A DNA stretch of 63,256 nucleotides, the filler included, from Diploschistes diacapsis (Eukaryota): assembly GCA_023645945.1 (NCBI GenBank). It is 6 parts of 6 records of this genome, joined end to end, with 100 filler letters (N's around TTAATTAATTAA, not from the genome) between each part and the next. Parts side by side here need not be neighbours in the genome. Positions count along the whole stretch, not along the records: positions 20,402 to 49,699 come from JALAIB010000136.1; 5 more parts are not named here. The stretch is one strand, 5' to 3'. Under the pieces are notes generated by a model. It was not told where the DNA came from and did no database searches. It saw only the letters and a list, made by a program, of their open reading frames with translations. The position numbers were made by a program, and so were the translations under genes. Below are positions 25,550 to 37,741 of the stretch, piece by piece (the stretch's first letter is position 1; each line of letters begins with the position of its first letter).

Positions 25550-25794
25550 GGCCTGTATCCATCTGCATTGTACGTATGGTGTTCGTTAGAGGGTGGAATG
25601 ATTTGTTTGAACGTTGAGCTCGCCCCAGCCACGGCTGTGCTAGTGTATCTTGAGCGAGCAGGTATTCAGGGCTAGTTATCAATACTTTCAGATTTTCGAT
25701 GCTAGTGACTATCAACACTCCCCAAACGATGAATATCCGCCGTACATCCCTTCCGAACACCTCGCTAATAACAACCATGGTACAAAGCTCTTCA

Positions 25795-27906
25795 TTATAC
25801 ATTTCCTGCCGTCTCCGACTGGATGGCAAATTTTCTCATGAAATTGCTGCTTCCACTCCTTTCCACATCCCCAAAAACGGACTTCTTCGGCCTAGGCTTT
25901 GTTCGCACTGCATAGTGCAGCCGGCTGTCCATAGCGACCAGCACCTCCTTGGCTTCCGTGCGGGACATGTGTGATGCTCCCGAGTCTACGATCCGGCTGG
26001 ACATGTACTTGATAGCTTCCAAAAGCTCGTCCACCCCCTTGTTAAATTTCCTTTCTACTGCCGCATCAAGCGGATCACTCGGTCGATCACCGTCGTCAAT
26101 GCCGATGTCGAGCAAGGACATGCTGGTGCCTAGCTGATGGAAATCCATACTATGTTTGATCGTGTATGCTGGCTGGACTCGTAGAAATTTAGCCATTTGC
26201 GGAAGCTCTGGTAACAATGGCGCATCTTTAGTGAGATAGGAGATGTCTTTGAAAAAGAAGGCCAAGGCGAGCCGTCGCCGAAGTGTGCAACACGTGATTG
26301 TTGCGACTGGTATTGTTTTAGTTAGTTGTAGCTGTAGTTGCACGCTGTCAACCTTGCGGTAAATTGCCTCAAGCGAGGCAAGCATTTGTGGTTGGGAAAT
26401 GGAGGCAGACTCATCACCCAAACAAGCCTGCATGGCGTTGTGCAGTGGGAAAAGAAGCTCCGCTTCCGATACCAACGCGAGATCGAGAGACATGCAGAGA
26501 AGAGAGTGTATGAGGAAAGCACGAGTTTCAATAGAGAGACTATGACGCCGAGTTAGCAATTTGTTCCCCGTCAGAATGTTCAACACTTACTTCCTCCCAA
26601 TCTTCCCAAGTAGTGACAGGAAGTGCTTCAATTCGTGATTGCTCAAACTCCTTTGGGATGATTTTCCTTCTTGTGCTATCCTTGGGATAATCTTTGCACT
26701 CTGATCTAGAGCTTCTGTACTAGCACCAAGGTCGGAAAGAATCTCAGAGAGGAGCTCGGGGTTTAAAAGCTCCTGAGACTGCTCGGCTGCCTTCTCCACT
26801 ACTAGCAGATAGCCTTGGCGCAGATCTTCCTTGGATTCGAAATAGCAGTACCTTACTATCCACTCCAGAATATCTTTCGGAAGATGACCGGCTGCCGCAA
26901 TATCTGAGCAATTACCAGTAAGGATAGCAAGCTCCCTGTTCGGTGGTTCCTGAGGCCACAATCTAGATGGTCGCTCTTTAGAACGCGGAAAAGGTAGAAT
27001 GTTGACGGCCATTCCGGACTCCTCAAAAAATGACCACCTGGTCTTGACTTGCAATGCTTCTGCCCTCTGAAGAGCGCGCATCACTTTGTCGGCATCATCC
27101 CGGTCTTTGGGCAGAATCTTAGCAGCCACAGTCTCTGCGTTGAGGCTTCTGGGTGGCTCTCCCACGCCTCTGCATAGCTCCGCAGCTAGCAGACTTGCCT
27201 CAACCTCCGCCGCCAAATCAAGAGCCTTTTCGTATGCTGAATCCTCCGCATCTGCTTTCTCGGCTCGATCCAGCAAATGCGTTAACGAAAAGGTGTATTT
27301 CCTTTGCGGTTCAGAAATATCCATTTTGTCATGACTCCCAGTCCTTCCACTGGCACTCGGAAGTTTTCTAAATTTCAGCGACCTTGGCGTTGGGAGTTCT
27401 GGTTCGCTGCTTCCAAGGTCTGTTAGGGGCGAGGATGACTTCATTTTGGGTCCTCGCCTTAAGGTCTCATCAAGCTCCGCAAGTGAGCTGTCGGTGCCAG
27501 ATTCGTCGTCGGAGTTTCGAACAACGCTCTCGCCATTCTTGACAATACGCTGACTGCTTGTCAGCGTTGGCAGACCGAAGCTAGAAGCAGCACTTTGAAT
27601 CGAGGCGTTTGATGTCCGCGAAGGACGGATCGCGATATCCGATGGTGGCTCGGGAGTGTCACCACTAGCGACCGGAGTAAGAGCAGAGAAGCCGGATGAA
27701 CTTAACTCGATTACAGGATCAGGCTGCTTGTTGCCATCAAGCCTTGGATTTTTAGATAGCGGCGATGCCCCCCCATAATGGCTTGCCGAAGGCTCTTGCT
27801 CCGAGAGAGGACGCTTTGCTGGGGTATATGCCCTTGCAAAGGGCTTGAAGAAGTCTTTGATGTTTGCGTTCTTCTTACCGAGCTTCTCTCCATTCTGTTG
27901 CACCAT
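25795..27906 (-). CDS. Fungal hypothetical protein (disordered N-terminus, helical C-terminal domain); one short intron near 26540-26590
   Basis: Two long adjoining ORFs (439 and 263 aa) separated by a GTAAGT donor and CTAAC branch; C-terminus IVDSGASHMSRTEAK..LHYAVRTKP resembles proteins recalled from other Pezizomycotina; function not assignable by eye. Confidence 0.7.
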
Positions 27907-28315
27907 TGCTCACATTGAGTATACTGTACCGCTGACTTAGGGGACGAAACTTAATGCTAATGCTATTGTACCCTGCGTACGTACCTTAGTGCAAGTTTAA
28001 TAGAAGCGCGCCGGGTGCGCACAGAAGTTTGGAGTCGGAGGTTCTATAATCGGTAGACTAGAGGCAATGGTGGTCCCAGCCACCTCAGTAGCCCTCGGTA
28101 AGCGTCCAATTAGGAAGCGCCACCACTTCGGGTCAGCTTATACTAATACTTTGTGCCTCGAGAGCTGCGGGGTATATTAGATGTGCAATCAAGTCTATGA
28201 AGAATTGTCTACTCGCTCGCTCGCACTCTCCAACAGTAAGCATTGTTCGAAACAACCGTCGACTAAAGTGTGGTTCCGTATCAGTCTACTGCGACTTCAG
28301 ACGATCTTGCAGGCT

Positions 28316-31300
28316 ATGTTCTTAAGGAACTTTCTTCCATCCACCTGGCGCCACAGCTGCCTGACAGAACCAAGTATGCTTGGAGGTACAATTATTCCCG
28401 ACTGGAGTACAGTCTTTACCGGGGCTCTATTCGCTCTAACGATCGCGATCTGCTGCCATGCACTCTTCTGGCGTCCACAGAAGAAGAAAAGTACCTCGAT
28501 CCCGGAAAAGACATTGATCCCCAAAAAGACATTGATCCTGCGCATCGAAGAGATTCCAGCGGGTATACCGCACGAAACCCTTCAACACGATCTCGAATCT
28601 ATTGTCTACCAGAATCCAATATTGAGGAAGGACGAGATCACTGTATTGCAAGCCTCCTTCGTTCCAATAGACCGGAAGACGGCCTGTGCGACCGCTGCCT
28701 TCCATACATCGCTCAAACCGGCCGACCTGATTAAATTATGCCAAGCGCATATTGGTCTGCCTTACCGCTTCGATAACAAGTTCGATGGTATTACGCCGCT
28801 TTACGAGGCCAGTGGAGGTGCAGATGTTGAGTAAGCATACTCCCTCAATCAAGGGCCACACATCATACACTTACGCCACACTTATGACAGCGTAATCGCC
28901 GTTCCCGGCCTCGGGAGCCACGCGATTGGTTCGTGGAAATCTCCCAGTGGTGATGATCTTTGGCTTCGAGATTACCTTCCCCGTGATATACCAAATATTC
29001 GAGTTCTACTATATGGTTACGATACCTCACTTCTAGGCGGTGATTGTAAAGATTCTATTGAGGACCTGGGTATTCGCTTTTTGGAGTCGGTAAAGGCTTT
29101 TCGTGCAGACACTGTACGTGGGATCTGAGAATATTGAGGCCACGTGGCTTATTCTGTGATAGGCACATCGCCGTCCAATTATATTCATTGGCCATAGTTT
29201 AGGAGGCTTGCTGATAAAGGAGGTAAAGCTTTCCGCAGATCTCGACCGTCAGAGAATAGATATTCACCTCATGGCAGGCACTAATTTGGGCGCGCGATCA
29301 ATCCACCGACCCACAGAGCCTCAATTTCTGTAAAGCTTGTTACGGATTGCTTCTCTTTGGTGTCCCGAATCATGGATTGCGAAACGACCAGCTAAAGAGC
29401 ATCGTTGAAGGCCAGCCAAACGAACTGCTGATACATGATCTGGTAGTCGACAGCGACTCTGAACCCACTCCGTTTCTGAAGAGAATCTCTCGCCAGTTCT
29501 CCAATTATTACAAGGGTCAATACCAAGTCATATCGTTCTTTGAAAGAAAAAAAAGTCCGACTGTAAAAGTGAGATACGTTCTCAGGCCAGTAAGAGGGAA
29601 AGGTTAATAACCAAACTTTAGTTCCAGCCAGATGGACAATTGACCAAGACCGGTCCAATGATATTCATGGTAACGCAAGAGTCCGCGACAAGCACGGGCT
29701 TAACTGCGGCAGGTGGTGAAAATAACATTCCACTTAACACGGACCACTCGGGACTCGTGAAATACCAAAGCCGGAGCCAAGAGGAATATAAAATTGTGAA
29801 GTCGAAGCTTAGTATACTTGTCGATGAGGCAAAACAGGAGGTCTGCAGACGGTTTACAGAAAAGGGTACGTTGGTAGGCGCTTTCACTAGAACATCTTTG
29901 AATGTTAGCACTAATCTTCGGTTCTTAGGCTTGACGGACGAAGAGTCACACCTGTGGCTTAATCTCAATCGGCCGCCATACTCAGCATTTAGGTATTCAT
30001 CAAAACTTGCTAGACCTGAGAAAGGCACACTGGAATGGCTCGTTCAAGAAAAGCATGCCAATGATAATTCTGAACTTAGGGCCAATAGCATGCCTGAAGG
30101 AAGTCTATGCATGAAGGACTTTAAGTCATGGCGAGACTCAAAGGAATCGGAAATCCTTCTGATAAGTGCTTCACCTGGAAGGGGCAAGTCAGTACTGTCG
30201 AATTTTGTCTTGGGACATCTTGAACGCAAAATACAGGAGGAACCGTCGCCTCGCAGCAAGGTCATCTACTATTTTTGCAATATCAGGAATGACGATGCTT
30301 CACCTAACGCATGTTCTGTACTCCAGGCACTCATTGTTCAGCTTTGTGAGGATTATCAGCGCCTGTTTCGAATTCTTCCCTCGGACTACCAGAAAGTTAG
30401 CGATCGCTTCTTCTCGGACTCTTTTGACACACTATGGTACACATTTGAGAAAATGCTGCAAAATGACACGTATGCTCGGGTTTTTTGTATCATCGACGGC
30501 CTTGATGTTTATCAAGAAATGGGTGAACTGATCACGAAATTAAATAAGGCTTTTAGCCCCAGAACCGAAGCAAAAAGTCGGGTCTTGAAATTATTTTGTA
30601 CAACCAGGCCCTCAAAGCCCATACTCGAGTTGTTGAAACCATCAAAGCCCAAGATTCTTCGCTGCAACGAAGATGACCTCGCCATCTTCATTGAATCACG
30701 GGTCAGTTCTCTGGAAGAGACCTTCGGAGCTGAGATTATACAGAGCATTAAAGACCAACTAAATGAGAAGGCTGAGAACACGTTCCTCTGGCTCGAAGTA
30801 GTCACCAGGGGAATTAGATCAATCGAAATGCCTACCCCGTCAAAGATAAAAGACACAATCGAGGACAACCCTGAGGAGCTCAATGACTTATACCATCTTT
30901 TGGTAAATAGCCTAGTTAAGAAAGACAAAGACAAAGCTCGCCTCCTAGCTTGGGTAGTTTACGCAAGGAGTCCTCTTGATCTCAGGGCCCTGGAAGACGC
31001 CATGGCCATTGATCTGACAAAGACGTATACGAGCTACGAGCAATGTAACCCAGATAAGCCATCTCTGAAGTCAGAGACCTTCCACAATGTCTTTGGCACG
31101 CTATTTGATATCGTTGAAGATAAGGTGTACTGTATACATCAGTCTCTCAAAGACTACTTTGAGAGTCGAAACCCCCTTGAGGAGTTCTTAGACCGTAAAC
31201 ACCCTCGACTGGTTCTCGCACATGTTTCCATGGCATACCTTTCTCTGGAAGAATTTGGACATCCCTCAAGGGACATGAATATGCTCCTACACAAGTTTCC

Positions 31301-32588
31301 GCTGCTTCGATACGCCGCTAATCACTGGTATTCCCATATAGAAAGTGCAGCAGATATCACTTGCTCTCCTCCACTCCAGGACTTTCTAAAGGAGATTATT
31401 CCTCCTAACAACCTTAAGACACAAGTCTGGATGAGTGAACATGTCAGCAAAATATATCCTAACTACCCGTCTCGTATTAGTGAAGTTGCAATTTATTTCG
31501 ATATTGGATGGCTCGCAGAACTACTCCTAAACAGAGAGCCGTGCGGCATTAGTGATGACTTCGAAAGAAATTGTTTATCACAAGCCATGACACGCCAAGG
31601 AGCAGTGTTGGAAGTCTTACTGAAACACGAGAGAGTTTTGGCGCTGACAGTGACGGGTGGTGAGGTTCGATTCATTGCAAGATTTCAACACTTTAGAATG
31701 ATGAAACTCCTTCTGGATCGACGAGGAACAGACGTTCAAATCACAGAAGAAGTGGTAGAAGCCGCTGCAAGGAACGATAAAAATGGCAGAGAAATAATGA
31801 CACTACTTCTCGATCGACGAGGAGCAGACGTTCAGATCACAGAAAAAGTGGTAGTAGCAGCTGCAGGGAGCTGGGGAAGTGGCAAGGACGTAATGACACT
31901 TCTTCTCGATCGACGAGGAGCAGACGTTCAGATCACAGAAAAAGTGGCAGTAGCAGCTGCAGGAAATAATGAAAGTGGCAAGGACGTAATGACACTTCTT
32001 CTCGATCGACGAGGAGCAGACGTTCAGATCACAAAAGAAGTGGTAGTAGCAGCTGCAGAGAACTTTTGGAATGCCAAGGACGTAATGACACTTCTTCTCG
32101 ACCGACGAGGAGCAGACGTTCAGATCACAGAAAAAGTGGTAGTAGCAGCTGCAGGGAACTATTGGAATGCCAAGGACGTAATGATACTACTTCTCGATCG
32201 ACGAGGAGCAGACGTTCAGATCACAGAAAAAGTGGTAGTAGCAGCTGCAGGGAATAGCAAGGACTCAATGACACTTCTTCTCGATCGACGAGGAGCAGAC
32301 GTTCAGATCACAGAGAAAGTGGTAGTAGCAGCTGCAGGAAACCATGAAAGTGGCAGAGCAATAATGGCACTACTTCTCGACCGACGAGGAGCAGACGTTC
32401 AAATCACAGAAAAAGTGGAAGTAGCAGCTGCAGGGAGCTGGGGAAGTGGCAAGGACGTAATGACACTTCTTCTCGACCGACGAGGGGCAGATGTGGAGAT
32501 TGCTAAAGAGGCGGTAAAAGTGATCGCAGAACACTTTGATGAGGAAGTAATAACACTTCTTCCTGAGCAACAAGGAGCAGACGCCTAG
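28316..32588 (+). CDS. Fungal NLR-like STAND protein: N-terminal TM segment, SesB-like alpha/beta-hydrolase, NACHT, ankyrin-like 32-aa repeats; introns 28831-28890, 29114-29162, 29223-29277, 29569-29621, 29866-29928
   Basis: All five GT-AG introns splice in frame; VIAVPGLG..GSW..WLRDYLP..RVLLYGYD, IFIGHSLGG, FGVPNHG, DHSGLVKY; Walker A ASPGRGKS, Walker B IIDGLD, AENTFLW, IHQSLKDY, YAANHWYSH; nine LLLDRRG repeats; start could be ATG 28316 or 28376. Confidence 0.9.
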
Positions 32589-32630
32589 ATCACAGAGAAA
32601 GTGGTAGAAGCAGCTGCAGGGAACGACAAC
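31701..32630 (+). repeat. Highly conserved 96-nt (32-aa) tandem repeat array of the NLR sensor domain
   Basis: Unit MTLLLDRRGADVQITEKVVVAAAG-xxxx-KDV, nearly identical at DNA level (e.g. cgatcgacgaggagcagacg at 31811 and 31907); one unit is 29 aa; a partial unit continues after the stop codon. Confidence 0.97.
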
Positions 32631-33400
32631 CCTTGATGAAGAAATTGGGCAGGCACGGTACAGCGGTGTTTGTTGATGGCACAATGTGAGGCCCTAGCTT
32701 TTCGCGGATATCTTTGTGTAGATCCGCCGGACGGCTTCTATCATAGAAGTCAGGCTTGGTCTTGATGATAGAGCCATCAGTTAGGTCTTTGAGGTTTCTA
32801 AAAAGAAGGTTCTCCTGCGAGGGGATGTCGGCGGTGCCAGCGATAACCGGGAATATTTTGCTTATCACTATGTTTTCAGTTAACGCTTCTTCATTGATCT
32901 GTTGGAAGGCTTTAAATGCGTTCTTAGAGAAGCGCGATGGGGAGAGAGACGGCGTTGGCTGTGCTATCCTGTTGTTGATTTCTGCTCAATTGCTTGGTTT
33001 CGGAGCGCGATTGTTCATATGTATGCCATGGTCGATGAGGTGCTGCTCGAAGATAGGGTTATAGGTAGAAGATTTTCTGGTTTTCGAGGATGTATCCGAT
33101 TCTCTTCCAGTTTTGGCTCGTTTTCGGAAGCCCGATTGACTTGAGGGCATCATTCGATTGGAAGGAGCTGCGGTTTCGGGGTCTGGATGTTATTATACCG
33201 TTAGAAAGTTATCCGAGAAGGTTAAATCGAATTTATAATTCTGAGGTGTTCGAGGTTTGGTCTATCGTGTCTTGCGAAGCGTTTAAGCTGTATAAGGTTA
33301 ATGTTTTTCTTGTTAGTCCGTTCAGGTGGCATAAGAGCAGCAGATTATTCAATCCTTCGATTAAACTCTTGAAGTGCGTCGGGAATGAGTCACAGCCGTG
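32631..33400 (-). pseudogene. Relic of a fungal accessory-region PD-(D/E)XK-like protein, truncated and mutated
   Basis: LKRFARH..PNL.HLR; SSTYNPIFEQHLIDHG..PSN*AE..QPTPSLSPSRFS..F.NL.DLTDG..KPDFYD.SRP..LGPHIVPS..PCLPNFF; TGA at 32986-32988; ends abruptly at the NLR repeat. Confidence 0.65.
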
Positions 33401-34026
33401 ACAGATTATCCCAATAGGAATTAGGTGTCCGGTGTCGTTGCTGATTCTCGATCTTTCGACGTTTGGTGGTAGGCGGCCTTAAAGAGTCAGTCGTAGGCTC
33501 TGCTCCAACACACAGCTTTCGTTTTCGCTTGGGGGAGATATTGGAGTTCGATGCAGATACGGACGTAGCGCGCGTGACAAAGTTCCATGTTGGATACAGG
33601 AAGTTCCATATCTACTCTTTCACTCAATGCCTGTTACGTTACACAAGATTGGCGTGAGGAAAGCTCGGCCTATATTACGTACCAAAGATGGATCTTTCTG
33701 TATTGAAGCCATCCTTTATAATTACAGTCAAGACAAAGAGTACCCAGGTCACATGACAGTAGTTTAAGTTATACGCAAAAAACCTCCTGTTAAAGTGGGA
33801 CGAGAGGCTAAGAAGGAGCAGGAGAGATACTTGATTCCGCCTCAAACTTTCAATAAATTATCTGCAACCCTTACATGTTTCATGCTAGATACTATATATA
33901 TCTTTTGATTTTGCGTATTGTGGTCGCTCTAGACGCCCAAATTTCAACTAGGGTTTCCCCTTTCTGCATGATTTTTGCTCCTTATGCAATTAAATACTTT
34001 TGTCCATACCGTGTTCCTGCCAATGA

Positions 34027-37000
34027 TTAGCCAGCTATCCTTTCTAACGCCCTTTTCGACCACATAGTATGTGCATGCTCTTTGCCTAGACATTTGCCCT
34101 GCCCGTCAAGTGCACCAGCATGATGTCTTCTGGCAACATCAATATCCCCTGAAATTTCATATAAACAAGCCAAGACTGTTCATAGCCAATAGTGCATCTG
34201 GATGCTGCGGTCCCAAAGCCCTTTCCCGCCGTGTCACTACATCTCGTTGCATTGCGATAGCATCTTGGATTCTGCCCTGGTCCCGGTAACAGCGTGCAAG
34301 ATCCGACATTATCCAGATGGGATGTGGATGGTCTGGTCCTAGCTGCTGCCTCTCTATCGTCAGCACTTGCTCGTGCAACGCAGCTGCCTCGTGTGGCCGG
34401 CCTTGCTTGAGTAGACAACGACCTAATGCGTTCTTTGTCCACGAGATGTGCAGGTCTGTCTCAGGGAATAGCACTTCAAGAATTTGAAGGGCCCTGCGAT
34501 GTAGAAGTTCTGCTTCCTCGGTGCGGTTTAAATGCCTACATATTCGGCCGAGTTCGTTGACTGTGAGTACGATGTCGAGATAATCCTAGGGCAGAGCTTA
34601 CTCTTAGCAGTTGAGCGCCTTCCTTTGCATGTTTTCCGCAAGTTCCGCCTTCCCTTGCTGGTCATATAGAATGCCCAAGCTATTTAAAAGCCAACAAGCA
34701 TTGGGCAAAAGAGTTGTATGAGAGCCAGCTGACTCTGCAAGCGCTGCCTCAAACATTTGAACGCCTCTGTCTAATTGGCCTGCCATGGTGTACTCTCGTG
34801 CAATATCGCGGACAATAATTGATCTCTCGAAGTTGGAGATCTCCCGCACAGAAGGCAAAGATGAGTTCGCTTTTGATGTCAACATCATCTCATCAAGCCG
34901 AAATAAGGCTCTCTGAATATCATTTAGGTCTTCGATGGAAGAATCATGAGCATCTGGCCTTTGCCTGGACCACGATCCAACTTTCTTTTGAAGCTTGACG
35001 ATATGTTGGAGGGGGAATGGCCGATCTCCAGATATCAGGGATCGTGCAATCCATATGGAGCGTCGGTCAGGAGATGCCACAAAGTCACTATACAATAAGT
35101 GAAAACTGTCATCACACTTAGACGATGATAAGTGATAGCACCAATTCTCCGTTGCATATCGTGCGAGTGGATACTCAACCGTATCTACATTCACAGTGTC
35201 GGCGATACCCTCCAAAGCCAAGTATGACAGCAGCGTCTCCACAATCTCCTGATGAGCCATCTCTTCCCTTATCTGGAAAACGTCCTCGTCAGGAGATGAC
35301 TGCATGTTATTAGCATGGTTGAGAATGTATTCATGGACAGAGTGATGAGCGAAGTGGAAGGTGTCTTGACGGTAAGTGGCCAGAGGACAGCACAGTTCCA
35401 ATACCGAGTCTCTGAATGGAGCCAACTATTTGCAGAAGACTTTTCTCTTTCCGTCCCATGACAAGGCGCACTGCAGCTCTTCCCAATGTAATGGGCTTGC
35501 GCTACCACATATCCACAGAAAAACCCTCCGAGCTATTTCTTGTCTTGCAGACGACTCACACCTGAGACGGTCTAGTAGAAGGCCGTAGACATTGTCCAGG
35601 CCATGGGGTAACTCATCCAGAGCCTTTGTCATTTCGCACATATTGATAGTTGATTGAAGAGTTTGAATGCACAAATGAGCATAGAGGAACATGCCATCGG
35701 CCTTTCTAGAAAATACTGTGAACATGCGCTCTTTTAAATTGTCATCATGATAGGGCAGGTCATCCACGGCTTTCTTTAGGTACCTATCAATATCTAGCTT
35801 GGTTGATATCGCATCCACATGTATTGAATCCGCCTTGTCCAGTTCCCTGCGAATGCCGAGCACGTTCCTAGAGAGGCAGATCAGATGCAGTGATGGCAGT
35901 GCTTGTGCAGCAGCTGTAAATGATCTTGTTATTTCCGTGACGTTCTCGGACTCGTCCAGGCCATCAATCACTAAGTAAAGAGCCGGCAGAGATCTCACTA
36001 CTTGTTCAAACATGGAGAATACATGGTCCGAGGAGGAAACGATAGTTCGGCCATAGGCTTTCGCACTTTGATAAGTACTCAGTATGATTTCGGGGATGTC
36101 ATCAACCTGAGCCAGTATTTGTGCCAAAATGCTTGCACAGATGTCTAAAAGGGAAATTTTCTTCTTGTCGGCCGAATAGCAATAAAAGTATGCTACTAGC
36201 GGCCCGTCCATCTCCGTACCACTTCGTAGTTGCTCGAGGTGTTCTACCACGATTGTACTGAGAACTGTTTTACCCGAACCAGGGGCCCCAGAAATCCAAA
36301 GGCTTTTCGGAAAGGAATGTGAGAGGTCAAGCCATTGCTGGAAGACGGGATGCTCAAGGAGCCATTGACCGGTCCCTTGCAACCGCTTGGAGATAGCTTG
36401 CTGAAAGTCTTCCCAGTATGCGACGCGGTTGAGCCACGCCATGACCGAATTCCGCGTCTCCAGATTTCCGAGATTAGCAATATATTATGGCAAAATTCTC
36501 TGCATAAATGTGGGATTTACCAGTACGTCGGTTTTTTCTCTCATTTTTTATGTGAGTGTCGATGCGTTGCCTCGAGCACAATGCCACTTCTGCGTTGAAT
36601 ACGTTGGTACACTGAGAGACAAGCCGGAGGTTGTCCCCAAATTCTGCCTCGAAAGGCTGGAATACTGTTTTGACAAATACTCTAAAAGCTTTGCCCGATA
36701 TTAGTGTCCGGCATGATATGAATGTAAGCAGCGACCGAAGGACACTAGTTACCGCTCCCTGTAAGGACGTCTCGCACTAGTTGTAAAAACAGAAGAATAT
36801 TAAGGTATAGGTTTACCCACGAGGCACAAACTCGAGGTTCCTCAGCGAGCATCCTTTCGTATTGGCAAGATATTGAGATAACATCGCTGAGTTTCGAAAT
36901 CGTCTCTGAGATTAGTCGAAAGTAATAGAAAGAGCCTCGAGCTATCTTCGCTCAATTAGCCACCATATCGGGGAAAGTTGTGGTCATGGCTGTTCAAATC

Positions 37001-37110
37001 AAACCGCTTACCTCCAATAACATTTCGAGAGAACCCCAAATTAAAGCAGCCGGGCTGACTTCGTACTGGACCATACTATCTACGGCTGGTGAGAATCGTA
37101 TAAGGAAAGG
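34027..37110 (-). pseudogene. NACHT-TPR NLR-like pseudogene with helical N-terminal domain
   Basis: N-terminal FSPAVDSMVQ..PAALIWGSL; GTGQWLLEHP.FQQW, WISGAPGSGKTVLS, LVIDGLDES, KADGMFLYA, HHSVHEY; TPRs LNSLGILYDQQG, LGPDHP, LGPQHPDAL; stops at 35426, 34604, 34598, 34586 and frameshifts near 34165 and 34070. Confidence 0.88.
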
Positions 37111-37741
37111 GTCGCCTCCCTCTAGCCACGCGTATATTATATAGCTCGTTGTGCAGCTGAGATTGACCGGTTATATTGATTGACTGGGCTCAGCTCCAAG
37201 TCCAAGACGCCCTTTTTCTGCTCTGCATACGCCGGCCCACCAAATCACATGGGTGGAAGCGCATGCCTTCACCGAAGAGCTGCATTAGCTTGGGGGCACA
37301 GACCCAATATCTATGTCTTTTGCGCTGCTACCTGAGAGGTAGGGTTCTTTCCATCTGCATGCACCTCATCCGTTAGCTTTGACGATTACATTGCATCGCG
37401 GCCATACACAGGCTTGATATCCCCTCACAAACTATGCGTACGCTGCTGAATTGATGACGAGGTCTCAAGAGGTGGCTGAAATTTCCTGCACCAACAAGCA
37501 CCTATCTTTTTCCAACCTTCGGGTTCTTAAAGATGGCCTCGCAAACCCTGAGGTCCAGCCTGTAAAGACTAAATTACACCTCTTAGCTTTCTACATCGGC
37601 GAGTTCTGACAGAGGCGTGCGTAGACTTGGAATATGTGATACGAGGTACGGAACCCATAATCTTGAGTGTAGGAGCCATGCCATTCTACTTGTGACATTT
37701 CATCGCTAACTTTCTTGGGTAAATTAGGAACAAAGAGCGCC

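Noticed and set aside
31701..32630. CRISPR-like repeat/spacer appearance
   Set aside because: In-frame 96-nt coding repeats of a eukaryotic NLR; no cas genes
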